Below, piece by piece: positions 1 through 8,398 of a stretch of 64,000 nt of DNA (position 1 is the first letter of the stretch; every line of letters starts with the position of its first letter). The position numbers and the translations under genes are program-made. The notes beneath the pieces were generated by a model. That model had not been told where the DNA came from, did no database searches, and saw only the letters and a program-made list of their open reading frames with translations. This DNA comes from Rhodobacterales bacterium (lineage in GTDB: Bacteria; Pseudomonadota; Alphaproteobacteria; Rhodobacterales; Rhodobacteraceae). Location: positions 46,791 through 110,790 of the forward strand of contig JBLRWJ010000001.1 in assembly GCA_047921315.1 (NCBI GenBank), written 5' to 3'.

Positions 1-784
1 CCCTTGCCTGTGCCACGGCGTCCATGTCGAGATCAACGTATGTGATGCCGGGCGCTGTTCCGGCATCAGCGAGCACTTCGCCCCATGGCGAGACGGCCAT
101 GCTGTGCCCATAGGTTTGACGCGTGCTGCCGGTTGTTGACGGGTGCAGCCCGGTCTGGGCGGGGGCCAACACGTAACACCCTGTTTCAATGGCGCGGGCG
201 CGCAGCAGCGGCACCCAGTGGGCGGCACCGGTGACGGGGGAAAACGCGGCGGGTATGGTCAGAACCTGTGCGCCGGCTTGTGCAAGCATCCGGTACAAAT
301 GGGGAAAGCGGAGATCATAGCAAATGGTCATTCCGATCTGCGCAAAGCCTGCATCGGCCAGAACAGCCTTGTCGCCGGGGCGGTAGCCGGATGATTCGCG
401 GTAGGTTTCGGTTTTTGTCACCTGCACGTCGAACATATGGATCTTGTCATAAGAGGCGTGGATTTCTCCATCAGGTGCGATCAGAAAAGACCGGTTCGCA
501 AAGCGCCCGTCCGGATCGCGGGTTTTGAGCGCGAGAGAGCCGATCAAAAGCCAGATACCCAATGCGCGCGCCTCTTGCTGCAATCCGGCCAAGGTTGGGT
601 CATCACATTGATGCGACAGAACCGCCGCCTGATGCGCCCGATCCGTAGATACACAATTTGTCACTTCGGGTGTCAGCACAAAACCGGCCCCCGCACCTTG
701 CGCCTGTCGCATCATGCTGCGCACCATCGCCAGATTGGCGGCGGGATCATCCCCGGAGGTTAATTGCAGCAGCGCGGCTTTCAT
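1..784 (-). CDS. carbon-nitrogen hydrolase (nitrilase-superfamily) protein; C-terminus lies beyond the window edge
   Basis: My own reverse translation from the ATG at 784-782 gives MKAALLQLTSGDDPAANLAMVRSMMRQA... In frame further on is ...GFAQIGMTICYDLRFPHLYRM..., the catalytic-Cys context of C-N hydrolases. It is absent from the supplied ORF track because it runs off the window. Confidence 0.75.
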   Translation of the reverse strand, partial: MKAALLQLTSGDDPAANLAMVRSMMRQAQGAGAGFVLTPEVTNCVSTDRAHQAAVLSHQCDDPTLAGLQQEARALGIWLLIGSLALKTRDPDGRFANRSFLIAPDGEIHASYDKIHMFDVQVTKTETYRESSGYRPGDKAVLADAGFAQIGMTICYDLRFPHLYRMLAQAGAQVLTIPAAFSPVTGAAHWVPLLRARAIETGCYVLAPAQTGLHPSTTGSTRQTYGHSMAVSPWGEVLADAGTAPGITYVDLDMDAVAQAR

Positions 785-790
785 AGGCTG

Positions 791-1048
791 TCAACCTTGC
801 AGCAGGGCGTCGAGTTTGCCAGCGCGGTCCAGCGCGAACAGATCATCGCATCCACCCACATGGGCATCACCGACAAAGATTTGCGGCACGGTGCGCCCGC
901 CATTGGCGCGCTGGATCATCTCTGGTTTGCGATCAGGATTTCTCAGCACATCAATTTCCGAAAAGCTGATACCTTTCTGAGTGAGAAGGCGTTTTGCAGC
1001 GTGGCAGTAGCCGCAGAGCGGCGAAGTATAGATTTCAACAGGGCGCAT
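791..1048 (-). CDS. grxC: glutaredoxin 3
   Basis: 85 aa. Active site SPLCGYCHAAKRLL; C-terminal TVPQIFVGDAHVGGCDDL glutaredoxin motif. Confidence 0.92.
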   Translation of the reverse strand: MRPVEIYTSPLCGYCHAAKRLLTQKGISFSEIDVLRNPDRKPEMIQRANGGRTVPQIFVGDAHVGGCDDLFALDRAGKLDALLQG

Positions 1049-1088
1049 GTTGAGAATGTCCTTTGATCACGGTTGCTCTGTCCGAGAT

Positions 1089-1820
1089 CTAGGCGTCTTT
1101 TGCAACGCGCGCCAGTATCAGCACGAAAACTTGCGCAGCGCCTGCTGCTAAGCATGCCTCGGCGCAGGCAGCCAAAGTGGCGCCGGATGTCATCACATCA
1201 TCAACGATCAGGATGTTGCGCGCCACCAGACGATGCCGCCTTCCAGATGTAACAGTGATGGCCGAATCGAGTGTGGAAAAGCGTTCATCGCGCCCTGCAC
1301 CGTGCAAGGACGCTGTGCGCCGCTGCCGTGTCAGAAGATCGGGGCAATGCGCCAGCCCGGTTTGTTTTGCCACCGCTGCGGATAACAGCGCCGACTGGTT
1401 ATAGCGGCGGCGCAACATGCGTGTCCAATGCAAAGGCACCGGCGCGATCAGCATATCGGGCAACAGGATCGGCGTTGCGACCCGCGCCATCCAGCTTGCG
1501 GCAGGCTGCGCGATATCCTGACGATCCCCATGTTTCAAAGCCAGCACAAGTCTGCGCCCTGTCTGCCGGTAAAGCATTGCCGATCGTCCGCGCACCCAAG
1601 GCCGGGCGATCCGCATGCAATCATCACAATGCACCACCTCATGCGGCAGGGCCTCTCCCGGCAGGGGCACGCCGCAGAGATCACAGACAAGACCGCCGAT
1701 AAAAGCAGTGTCGCGCCAGCATGTGGCGCATAGGCCAAATTCACGCTCAACCAAGCCACCGCAGCTGAGGCAGCGTGGCGGATAGACAAGGCGCAAGGCT
1801 GTTTGAAACTTGCCCGCCAT
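1089..1820 (-). CDS. comF: ComF-family protein (phosphoribosyltransferase-like)
   Basis: N-terminal Cys-rich finger (PPRCLSCGG..CATCW..CDLCG..HCDDC) and C-terminal PRTase motif ILIVDDVMTSGATL. Start placed at MAGKFQ (ATG at 1820); the track ORF extends to 1892. Confidence 0.8.
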   Translation of the reverse strand: MAGKFQTALRLVYPPRCLSCGGLVEREFGLCATCWRDTAFIGGLVCDLCGVPLPGEALPHEVVHCDDCMRIARPWVRGRSAMLYRQTGRRLVLALKHGDRQDIAQPAASWMARVATPILLPDMLIAPVPLHWTRMLRRRYNQSALLSAAVAKQTGLAHCPDLLTRQRRTASLHGAGRDERFSTLDSAITVTSGRRHRLVARNILIVDDVMTSGATLAACAEACLAAGAAQVFVLILARVAKDA

Positions 1821-1837
1821 CCACCTATATCCCCCGC

Positions 1838-2659
1838 ATGAATGATGCATCCCAGATAACCGACCGTGCCACGCTGATGTGGAACCGGACACGCGCGGCC
1901 CGAGCGCCCACTTTGTTCCTGCAAGAAGAGGCCGCGACGGAGATCAAGGATCGCCTAACATTGGTTAAAAGGGCGTTTACAAAGCCTGCGGTTGTTACAG
2001 GCCATCCGAAACTGTGGGAAAGCTTGCTACCGGATGCGCGTATTGTCGCAGATGATCCGGTTCTGGCGCTGGAGAAAGAAGCGCATGATCTGGTGATCCA
2101 TGGGCTGTGCCTGCATTGGTCGGCCGATCCCGTTGGACAACTGATTCAGGCGCGGCATGCCCTGCGGCCTGATGGCCTCTGCCTGGTTTCCCTGTTCGGC
2201 GGGCAAACCCTGCATGAGTTGCGCAGCGCATTGGCCGAGGCTGAAATACGCGTAACCGGTGGCTTGTCACCGCGCATCCTGCCGATGGGTGAAATCCGTG
2301 ATCTTGGGGGGCTGTTGCAGCGTGCGGGCCTTGCCCTGCCGGTTGCAGACAGCATTTCGCTGACGGTCAGCTATGCAGATCCTTTCGCTCTGATGCGCGA
2401 AGTTCGGGGCATGGGCGAGGGCAACGCCCTGACCGCGCGGTTGCGCAAACCCACGCGGCGTGCCGTATTCCAAGAGGCGGCGCAGATCTATGTTGAGCGG
2501 TATGGCGGGCCTGATGGCCGTATCCCGGCAACCTTCGAGATGATCTTTCTGAGCGGCTGGGCACCGGATGACAGCCAACCCAAACCGCTGCGCCCCGGAT
2601 CTGCGCAGACACGGCTTGCCGATGTGCTTGGAGCGGTCGAATCGAAGCTGCAAGATTGA
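1838..2659 (+). CDS. methyltransferase-fold protein (BioC / NDUFAF5-like)
   Basis: Motifs DLVIHGLCLHWSADPVGQLIQARHALRPDGLCLVSLFGGQTLHELR, GGLSPRILP, MGEGNAL and IPATFEMIFLSGW resemble the NDUFAF5-like family conserved in alphaproteobacteria. Start taken at MNDASQ (1838), only 17 bp from the comF start, so one of the two starts may be wrong. Confidence 0.65.
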   Translation: MNDASQITDRATLMWNRTRAARAPTLFLQEEAATEIKDRLTLVKRAFTKPAVVTGHPKLWESLLPDARIVADDPVLALEKEAHDLVIHGLCLHWSADPVGQLIQARHALRPDGLCLVSLFGGQTLHELRSALAEAEIRVTGGLSPRILPMGEIRDLGGLLQRAGLALPVADSISLTVSYADPFALMREVRGMGEGNALTARLRKPTRRAVFQEAAQIYVERYGGPDGRIPATFEMIFLSGWAPDDSQPKPLRPGSAQTRLADVLGAVESKLQD

Positions 2660-2725
2660 CGATCCGTACAGAACCTTTATGTCCCCTGCTGACCCATTCA
2701 AAAAACACTATGAACGAGGGCCCAG

Positions 2726-3808
2726 ATGCTGGATGCCACCGCGACCGAAACGACCCATTCCGATGCCGTAAGGCCGCCCATGTCGCAACCCGATCATCCG
2801 AAGGTGGCGATGGGTAAGGTCGGCGTTTTGCTGGCCAATCTTGGGACGCCGGACAATTACGATTATTGGTCGATGCGCCGCTACCTGAACGAGTTTCTGT
2901 CAGATCGTCGTGTCATCGATTATAGCCCTTGGCTGTGGCAGCCATTGTTGCAGCTGATCATTCTGAGCAAGCGGCCCTTCAGCAGCGGCAAGAATTACGA
3001 ATCGATCTGGAACCATGACAAGGGGGAAAGCCCCTTGATGACAATTACAAAGGACCAGACGGCCAAGATCACCGAAAGCATGAAAGCGCGCTACGGTGAT
3101 CAGGTGATGGTGGATTTCTGCATGCGCTACGGGAACCCGTCAACCAAATCCAAGGTGCGGGCGATGGTGGATGCCGGTTGCCGTAAGATCTTGTTTTTCC
3201 CGCTGTATCCGCATTATGCGGGGGCAACTTCGGCCACGGCGAATGACCAGTTCTTTCGCGTTTTGATGCAGGAAAAATGGCAACCCACAGTGCGTGTTGT
3301 TGACCCGTATTATGAGCATCCCCTCTACATCGAGGCATTGGCCCAATCCGTTGAACGCGCCTATGCGCTTGAGGAACACAAGCCCGAGGTTCTGGTGTGT
3401 TCTTACCATGGCGTGCCCAAAAGATACCTGTTGGAAGGTGATCCCTATCATTGCCAATGCCAGAAAACCACGCGCCTGCTGATGGAGCGTCTGGGCTGGG
3501 ACAAAACCCAGATTGTCACCACGTTCCAGTCCCGGTTCGGCCCGGAGGAATGGCTCAAGCCATACACGGTAGAAGAAGTGGCGCGCCTTGCAAAAGAAGA
3601 TGGGAAAAAGCGTATCGCTGTGATCGCTCCGGCCTTTTCTGCCGATTGCATCGAAACGCTGGAAGAGATCAACGAAGAGATCAAAGAAAGCTTTGAAGAG
3701 GCAGGTGGCGATCATTTCACCTATATTCCTTGCCTGAATGATGATGATGCCCATATCGCCGCGCTGAGTACGGTGATTGAAGATAACCTGAAAGGGTGGC
3801 TGGACTAA
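2726..3808 (+). CDS. hemH: ferrochelatase
   Basis: GVLLANLGTPD N-terminal motif, FFPLYPHYAGATS, and APAFSADCIETLEEI near the C-terminus. GAGGG lies 5 nt upstream of the ATG at 2726. Internal starts at 2780 or 2810 are possible. Confidence 0.92.
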   Translation: MLDATATETTHSDAVRPPMSQPDHPKVAMGKVGVLLANLGTPDNYDYWSMRRYLNEFLSDRRVIDYSPWLWQPLLQLIILSKRPFSSGKNYESIWNHDKGESPLMTITKDQTAKITESMKARYGDQVMVDFCMRYGNPSTKSKVRAMVDAGCRKILFFPLYPHYAGATSATANDQFFRVLMQEKWQPTVRVVDPYYEHPLYIEALAQSVERAYALEEHKPEVLVCSYHGVPKRYLLEGDPYHCQCQKTTRLLMERLGWDKTQIVTTFQSRFGPEEWLKPYTVEEVARLAKEDGKKRIAVIAPAFSADCIETLEEINEEIKESFEEAGGDHFTYIPCLNDDDAHIAALSTVIEDNLKGWLD

Positions 3809-3985
3809 GCCATTCCGGTCCTGCCGGGCCGCTGGCAATTATCGCGCCCTGCGTGCGGGTTGCTGGGCTGAACCCTGAGCGGGCACTTTGCAGGCGGCTG
3901 TCATGCTGGTGGCGTGAAGGCGGCCTGCACGCGGGTTTTTTGCTGGGAATCAGAAGGGTCAGACCAAAATTTCGTTTGGACATAG

Positions 3986-4013
3986 AAAAAGGCGGTGGGT
4001 GACCACCGCCTTT
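3986..4013. terminator. bidirectional intrinsic terminator between hemH and the convergent small gene
   Basis: AAAAA-GGCGGTGG-gtga-CCACCGCC-TTT: a perfect 8-bp GC stem with a 4-nt loop, flanked by an A-run and a T-run. Confidence 0.75.
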
Positions 4014-4034
4014 CACATGTTTACTGCAAACAAA

Positions 4035-4217
4035 TCAGCTTGCGACTGCAGCTGCGACCACTGCCAGAATCAGCAGGGGAACCAGAATGCCACCGCCGGA
4101 AGACGTGGCGGTTTCTTCAACAATCACCGGTGCTTCGATGATCGGCTCTGCCAGGCTACCGGCGTAAGCGGACGAAGCGGCAGCAGTTACAGCAGCTGCG
4201 AGTACAATTTTCTTCAT
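4035..4217 (-). CDS. 60-aa exported small protein with a C-terminal hydrophobic anchor (hypothetical)
   Basis: MKKIVLAAAVTAAASSAYA|GS signal peptide, an acidic linker, then SSGGGILVPLLILAVVAAAVAS as a terminal TM segment. GGAGG lies 6 nt upstream of the ATG at 4217. Confidence 0.7.
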   Translation of the reverse strand: MKKIVLAAAVTAAASSAYAGSLAEPIIEAPVIVEETATSSGGGILVPLLILAVVAAAVAS

Positions 4218-4359
4218 GTTAACCTCCAGATATTCGGCCGGCCTGTGCCATGCACACGCCAAGCGCCCAAGACGTACCTCGTACTACTTTTTTAAGCAGC
4301 AATCCAAGGCAAATGCAAATCGACTCGCAACCGCTTGCGGCAGCTGCGAAAGAATGTCG

Positions 4360-4962
4360 TCAAATAAGCAACACTTGGGTTCCAACCTTGGTCATGGCGT
4401 ATAGTTCTGAAATATGTTCGTTGTACAGACCGATACATCCGTTGGACGATCTGCGGCCGATTTTGCGCGTGTCATGGGTTCCGTGGATCCGGTAATAGGT
4501 CCAACTCAGGTGCAGGGCATGCGTCCCCAACGGGTTGTCAGGGCCCGGCGGCACAAAATCCGGCCATTCGGGATTGCGCTGTTTCATCGCCGGTGTCGGT
4601 GCCCAGCTTGGCCCCTCGACCTTGCGGGTAATGGATGTACGGCCGCGTCTGGTCAGGTCTTCGGATAACGGAACACTGGATGGATAGAGTTTATACGTGA
4701 CACCATCTTCTGACCAATAATGCAAAGCGCGGGAATCAATATCAACCAGAACGGCACCATTTCGCAGATCCGAGAAATACGGCCGCCAATCCAGCGTTCT
4801 GAAGCTTGACGCATTGCGCCTGACAACCTGGGACAGGTCACTCTCTACCTCAACAGTGTCATCCGGATTCATCGTCTGCGCAAAGGCAGGCGTGGCGAAG
4901 GCGGCTGCACTGGCGGCAAGAAAAGACCGCCTGTTAAATGCAAGCGTATTTTTTTTAGTCAT
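4360..4962 (-). CDS. L,D-transpeptidase (YkuD domain) with Tat-type signal
   Basis: Twin-arginine signal MTKKNTLAFNRRSFLAASAAAFATPAFA. YkuD catalytic region HGTHDTRKIGRRSSNGCIGLYNEHISELY. GGAG upstream of the ATG at 4962. Confidence 0.88.
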   Translation of the reverse strand: MTKKNTLAFNRRSFLAASAAAFATPAFAQTMNPDDTVEVESDLSQVVRRNASSFRTLDWRPYFSDLRNGAVLVDIDSRALHYWSEDGVTYKLYPSSVPLSEDLTRRGRTSITRKVEGPSWAPTPAMKQRNPEWPDFVPPGPDNPLGTHALHLSWTYYRIHGTHDTRKIGRRSSNGCIGLYNEHISELYAMTKVGTQVLLI

Positions 4963-5124
4963 ATCACAACTCCAAGACATAATACTGCCAATCATATATA
5001 TTTTATTGCTTGAAGGACGCAGTCGCAAATCAAACCAGCGTCATTCAGCGCAACCACGCCAAAGTGGGTTTTATATGCTGCTCTATCGGGATAAAGCAGA
5101 AGTATAAGCCATGAAAGACCCCAG

Positions 5125-5640
5125 ATGTTCCGAATTTATGCACTTCTAACCTCGATCACGCTGATTCTTGCAGGATGCGCAGCGCCGCAACAGCCGCCAA
5201 CCCTGGGCCCAGATGGAAGACCGCTGCCGCGTGTCTACCGTATTTCGGCTGGCGATGCGTCAGAGATTCAGTTCCGCATGCTTGATTCGGTGAATTCGTT
5301 GCGCCAAGCCTCGGGCGCAGCCCCGCTACAACTGGACGCCCAGTTGACAGCAGCGGCCGCCACCCATTCACGGGACATGTCTGTGCAGAACCGTCCGTGG
5401 CATTTCGGGTCTGACGGGTCTTCGCCGATCGACCGCGTGCGGCGCACCGGATACGCGGGGCAATTGATTGGGGAAACGATATCGGAAACCTATGAGACAG
5501 AGCTTGAAACGCTGGCCGCATGGATGGAACAGCCGGATACGCGCCGCGTGATCCTTGACCGTGAGGCGCGCAACATGGGCTTTTCATGGCATCAGGAAGC
5601 CAATGGCAAGATCTGGTGGACCATGGTTCTGGGCGGCTGA
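5125..5640 (+). CDS. CAP/SCP (PR-1-like, YkwD-type) domain lipoprotein
   Basis: Lipobox ITLILAGC. CAP-domain stretch LQLDAQLTAAAATHSRDMSVQN...GYAGQLIGETIS...WMEQPDTRRVILD...MGFSW. Confidence 0.8.
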   Translation: MFRIYALLTSITLILAGCAAPQQPPTLGPDGRPLPRVYRISAGDASEIQFRMLDSVNSLRQASGAAPLQLDAQLTAAAATHSRDMSVQNRPWHFGSDGSSPIDRVRRTGYAGQLIGETISETYETELETLAAWMEQPDTRRVILDREARNMGFSWHQEANGKIWWTMVLGG

Positions 5641-5739
5641 TCGCCTGCTTGGCATGCTTTGGTACCCCCGGCTGGTATCAGCGTGGGTTTTTGTTCTTTG
5701 CAGCCCGCCAAAGCGATAGCAGGGCCGATTCAAGGTAAA

Positions 5740-6240
5740 TTACGGGAAGATGGATATTGGAGTTCCGTCTTGCACCATTGCATAGATGATCTCCATCTCT
5801 TCATCCGTGACTGCGATACATCCCCATGTCCAGTCCCGCTCACCGTTTTGAAACCGTCTTGGGCGACCATGGATGAAGATATCGCCACCGGGGCTTTTGC
5901 CAGCCGCTTTGGCCCGCGCGATATCAGCCTCATTCGGGTAGGATACCCCCAGCGAAAGATGGAAGCGGCTATTCGGATTGCGCCGGTCAATCAGGTATTC
6001 GCCTTCTGGAGTCCGTCCGTCGCCCTCAAAATTCTTGTGACCTTCCGGATTGAACCCCAGTTCTATGTCATAGGATGCAAGCGCCCTGTCGAAATGCATC
6101 AGATGCATCCGTCTTGCCTGTTTGAAAACAATAACCCGCGTCACGGGGGGGCCTTTGTAGACCTTGAACTTGCTTGGCTCACGCGCGCAAGCAGCCAGCC
6201 CAAAAGGCAGTGCCAAAAGTATAAAACGCCTGTTTATCAT
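5740..6240 (-). CDS. L,D-transpeptidase family lipoprotein (YkuD domain)
   Basis: Lipobox LALPFGLAAC. Catalytic motif GDIFIHGRP....WTWGCIAVTDEEMEIIY. Confidence 0.85.
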   Translation of the reverse strand: MINRRFILLALPFGLAACAREPSKFKVYKGPPVTRVIVFKQARRMHLMHFDRALASYDIELGFNPEGHKNFEGDGRTPEGEYLIDRRNPNSRFHLSLGVSYPNEADIARAKAAGKSPGGDIFIHGRPRRFQNGERDWTWGCIAVTDEEMEIIYAMVQDGTPISIFP

Positions 6241-6322
6241 GTCTGCTCATTCTTGTTTTTTCCCAAGAATTACATGGAATCGTGACATTCAGATAGATGA
6301 AATCGCCCAGATAGCGAAAGCG

Positions 6323-7102
6323 TTACACCTTGTCGCGGGCGCGGATCTGTTCTTCGATGGCGGTCAGACGGTTCAGCACTTCATCACGATAGGCATCTGT
6401 CTTCTGGTTGCTTTCCTCCTGATGCGCGTCCTGCATGGAGTTGACCACCAGACCAACAATCAGGTTCACCACGGCGAATGTCGTCATCAGAATGAACGGC
6501 ACAAAGAAGGCCCAAGCATAGGGATAAACCTCCATCACCGGGCGGACGATACCCATGGACCAACTTTCCAGCGTCATGATCTGGAACAGGGAATAGGCGC
6601 TGCTTCCCAAGGTGCCAAACCATTCGGGAAAGGTGTCGCTGAACAGCTTTGTCGCCATAACAGAGCCGATATAGAAGATGATCGCCATCAGCAAAAAGAC
6701 ACTTCCCATACCGGGCAGGGCCGTCACAAAGCCCTCGACCACACGGCGCAGGCGCGGCGCCACAGAGATGACGCGCAAGACGCGCAGAATGCGCAGCGCC
6801 CGCAACACCGACATGCCCTGCGCACCGGGCACAAGGGCGATACCCACAATGACAAAATCAAACAGGTTCCAAGCCGATGTAAAGAACCGATGCCCATGCG
6901 CCACCAGTTTCAGAACAATCTCGATCACAAAGATCGTCAGGCAAATCCGGTCTATGGTCAGGATCAGCGTTCCCGCCATATCCATCGCATTATCCGATGT
7001 CTCAAGCCCCAGTGTTACCGCGTTCAAAAGAATGACGGCGATAACAAAATTGGTCACAAGGGGGCTGGCCAGCCAGTCACCCAGACGGGTTCGAAAGGTC
7101 AT
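6323..7102 (-). CDS. bacterial voltage-gated sodium channel (BacNav / NaChBac family)
   Basis: Six-TM layout. S4 has Arg at every third position (LRALRILRVLRVISVAPRLRR). Pore/selectivity filter FQIMTLESWSMGIVRP matches NavAb-type channels. C-terminal coiled-coil-like tail. Confidence 0.9.
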   Translation of the reverse strand: MTFRTRLGDWLASPLVTNFVIAVILLNAVTLGLETSDNAMDMAGTLILTIDRICLTIFVIEIVLKLVAHGHRFFTSAWNLFDFVIVGIALVPGAQGMSVLRALRILRVLRVISVAPRLRRVVEGFVTALPGMGSVFLLMAIIFYIGSVMATKLFSDTFPEWFGTLGSSAYSLFQIMTLESWSMGIVRPVMEVYPYAWAFFVPFILMTTFAVVNLIVGLVVNSMQDAHQEESNQKTDAYRDEVLNRLTAIEEQIRARDKV

Positions 7103-7135
7103 GATTTGCTCCGGTTGGAAATGTCCTGCGCGGCG

Positions 7136-8371
7136 TCAGATATGTGGGGCCAGAAAGGCGGCTGCAAGCTCTACGTGGCTTGACCAGCGGAATTGGTCAA
7201 CGACTTGCACCCATTCAAGGCGATAGCCTGCGCAAATCAGTATTTTCGCATCACGTGCAAAGGTCACCGGGTTGCAAGACACGAAAGCAATCCGACTGAT
7301 TCGTGTCTTTGCCAGCTCAATCACCTGTGCCTCGGCCCCGGCGCGGGGCGGGTCTATGACGGCTGCGTCGAAGCGCTTCAGCTCATCCGGCAAAAGCGGG
7401 CGGCGGAACAGATCACGCGCCTCGGTGCTGACACGCTTGAGGCCTTCCGTCTGTCGCCAGCCCTGATCCAGCGCCTTGAGCATGGCGGCATCACTTTCAA
7501 CCGCCAGAATTTCGGCCTGTTCCGCCAGCGGCAACGCAAAAGTGCCGCAGCCGGCAAACAGATCAACGATCCTTGCACTGTCCTGCACGGCCTCTGTCAC
7601 AGCGCTTAGCAAAGCCGCCTCACCAGCGGCGGTCGCTTGCAGGAAAGCCCCTGCTGGCGGGGTAACGCGTGCTTGGCCAAAGCGTTGAACGGGGGGCTGA
7701 CGCAGCCCAACCAGCTCATCTTCCCAGACCAGACGGGCAAGGCGGTAGTTTTCAACCTCGGCAGCCAATGCGATGCGCAACGGGCCATCAAGAGGCTTGC
7801 CGCCCGTCACCGCCACATCCAGCCCGCCCTCGCTATGGGTGACCTGCACCGTCAACTCGCCCTTGCGGCTGCTTCCGGCAACGGCCAGCGCCTCGGCCAA
7901 GGGTAGCGCCTCAAGCAACTCTGGCAGCACCAGCTGGCAATCAGGTATTTCGATCAAGGTATCCGAGGCGCGGGCATGAAAGCCGGCCATCGCGCCTTTC
8001 TTGGTGCGCTTGACAGAAAAAGACGCACGGCGGCGCGAAGCGGCAGGAGAGGTCTGCGTTGGGCGAAACTCTGCCTCAATGCCCTGTGCTGCAAGGGCGG
8101 CGCGCACGACATCCGTTTTCCATTCCATCACGAAGGCGTCAGACGCATGCATCACCTGACACCCGCCACAGGCCTTGTAATGCCTGCATGGCGGCGCAAC
8201 GCGCGCCGGGGACGGTGTGACAATGCGGATATCGCTCAGCCTGTCGCCATTGCGAATGCCGGTCACAACCTCACCCGGCAGGGTCATCGGGGCATAAACC
8301 GGGCCTGCGGCGATACCATCGCCCTGATGACCCAAACGAATGATGCGATGCTCTGTCATAGGGCGGGGCAT
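7136..8371 (-). CDS. class I SAM-dependent RNA (uracil-5) methyltransferase, RumA/RlmD-like
   Basis: Fe-S Cys cluster CRHYKACGGCQVMH, SAM motif VDLFAGCGTFALPL, and C-terminal IAFVSCNPVTFARD. Confidence 0.85.
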   Translation of the reverse strand: MPRPMTEHRIIRLGHQGDGIAAGPVYAPMTLPGEVVTGIRNGDRLSDIRIVTPSPARVAPPCRHYKACGGCQVMHASDAFVMEWKTDVVRAALAAQGIEAEFRPTQTSPAASRRRASFSVKRTKKGAMAGFHARASDTLIEIPDCQLVLPELLEALPLAEALAVAGSSRKGELTVQVTHSEGGLDVAVTGGKPLDGPLRIALAAEVENYRLARLVWEDELVGLRQPPVQRFGQARVTPPAGAFLQATAAGEAALLSAVTEAVQDSARIVDLFAGCGTFALPLAEQAEILAVESDAAMLKALDQGWRQTEGLKRVSTEARDLFRRPLLPDELKRFDAAVIDPPRAGAEAQVIELAKTRISRIAFVSCNPVTFARDAKILICAGYRLEWVQVVDQFRWSSHVELAAAFLAPHI

Positions 8372-8398
8372 AGCCTGCGCTGCGCGCTGTATAAAGCC

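Noticed and set aside
3796-4002. 68-aa + strand ORF in the hemH downstream spacer.
   Set aside because: It overlaps the hemH stop region and runs into the terminator hairpin. It has no RBS and an Arg/Gly/Leu-rich sequence.
6164-7183. 339-aa ORF on the + strand, opposite the sodium-channel gene.
   Set aside because: It lies entirely antisense to a gene with unmistakable channel motifs. Its composition is dominated by H/R/Q/D/G with no motifs. This is a typical shadow ORF in GC-rich DNA.
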